DNA of 24,218 nucleotides from a virus (Duplodnaviria; Heunggongvirae; Uroviricota; Caudoviricetes): IMG/VR virus record IMGVR_UViG_2537562231_000018; one strand, 5' to 3'. Shown piece by piece: positions 23,350 to 24,218 of this stretch (position 1 is its first letter; each line of letters starts with the position of its first letter). The notes under the pieces were generated by a model. It saw only the letters and a program-made list of their open reading frames with translations, ran no database searches and was not told where the DNA came from. The position numbers and the translations under genes were made by a program.

Positions 23350-24218
23350 ATGAGTAAAGTCTTTATTTGCGCCGCCATTCCTGACGAACTGGCAACAAGG
23401 GAAGAAGGCGCTGTGGCTGTAGCCACAGCTATTGAAGCTGGCGACGAACGCCGTGCTCGAGCAAAATTTCACTGGCAATTCCTGGAACATTATCCGGCTG
23501 CTCAGGACTGCGCTTATAAATTTATTATCTGCGAGGATAAACCTGGCATACCCCGCCCTGCCCTCGATTCATGGGATGCTGAATATATGCAGGAAAACCG
23601 CTGGGATGAGGATTCTGCTTCTTTTGTCCCGGTTGAGACTGAATCCGATCTGATGAACGTCACTTTTGACAAGCTGGCCCCTGAAGTACAGAACGCTCTC
23701 ATGGTTAAGTTCGACACATGTGAAAACATCACCGTTGATATGGTTATTAGCGCACAGGAATTGTTGCAGGAAGACATGGCAACATTCAACGGACATATCG
23801 TTGAAGCGTTGATGAAAATGCCAGAAGTTAACGCCATGTATCCGGAGCTTAAGCTGCATGCCATCGGGTGGGTTAAGCATAAATGTAAGCCTGGTGCCAA
23901 ATGGCCCGAAATTCAGGCAGAGATGCGCATCTGGAAAAAACGTCGCGAAGGTGAACGCAAGGAAACCGGAAAATACACGTCTGTTGTTGATCTCGCCCGC
24001 GCCAGAGTCAATCAACAGCACACTGAAAATTCAACAGGGAAAAATCAGCCTGGTCATTGCTGCCATTCATCGCGAATACAAGCAGACATGGAAAACACTG
24101 GATGACGAACTGGCCTACGCTCTCTGGCCTGGTGATGTGGATGCCGGAAACATTGACGGCAGCATCCATCGCTGGGCAAAAAATGAAGTTATCGACAACG
24201 ACCGCGAAGACTGGAAGC
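23350..24218 (+). CDS. hypothetical acidic early-operon protein; ORF stops at 24105 but a second frame stays open to the window end
   Basis: 251-aa ORF 23350..24105; a +1 frame encoding ..ISLVIAAIHREYKQTWKTLDDELAYALWPGDVDAGNIDGSIHRWAKNEVIDNDREDWK is open from about 23820 to 24218 with no plausible start of its own; one fewer A in the A5 run 24040..24044 would join the two. Confidence 0.4.

Noticed and set aside
1-24218. CRISPR arrays, integrase/attachment sites, rRNA
   Set aside because: No regularly spaced direct repeats, no integrase-like ORF and no rRNA-like sequence; the integration junctions must lie outside this window.

Overview
This window reads as the right-hand part of an integrated Escherichia-type lambdoid prophage (Rac/Qin-like mosaic), with the phage forward strand on the window's minus strand. 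From high to low coordinates it contains an immunity region (RacR-like repressor on +, four 12-bp TACCCAnnGGTA operators, divergent YdaS/YdaT-like genes), an early/replication block, a nin-like block with a hok/sok type I toxin-antitoxin and RusA, a lambda-family Q antiterminator, a lambda-like late promoter pR'/qut with tR', a cargo slot holding a TerB-like pseudogene and a NanS-p-like sialate O-acetylesterase where Stx phages carry stx, a phage-21-type lysis cassette (pinholin S, SAR endolysin R, Rz/Rz1), a PerC-family regulator, a cos site whose cosN and right-end sequence are lambda-identical, then terminase Nu1 and the start of terminase A. Two different IS66-family elements are inserted, each with an 8-bp target duplication. 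Several genes (Q, Rz/Rz1, the repressor, IS66 copy-2 tnpC, the last ORF) are split by apparent 1-bp frameshifts, so either the prophage is decaying or the assembly carries indel errors. No tRNA, CRISPR or stx genes were seen. All family assignments come from motif recognition by eye and synteny; no database search was run. The most unusual items are a reverse-oriented membrane/coiled-coil gene with its own consensus promoter inside the early operon, a structured non-coding stretch with a 19-bp inverted repeat, and the TerB-like remnant in the cargo slot.
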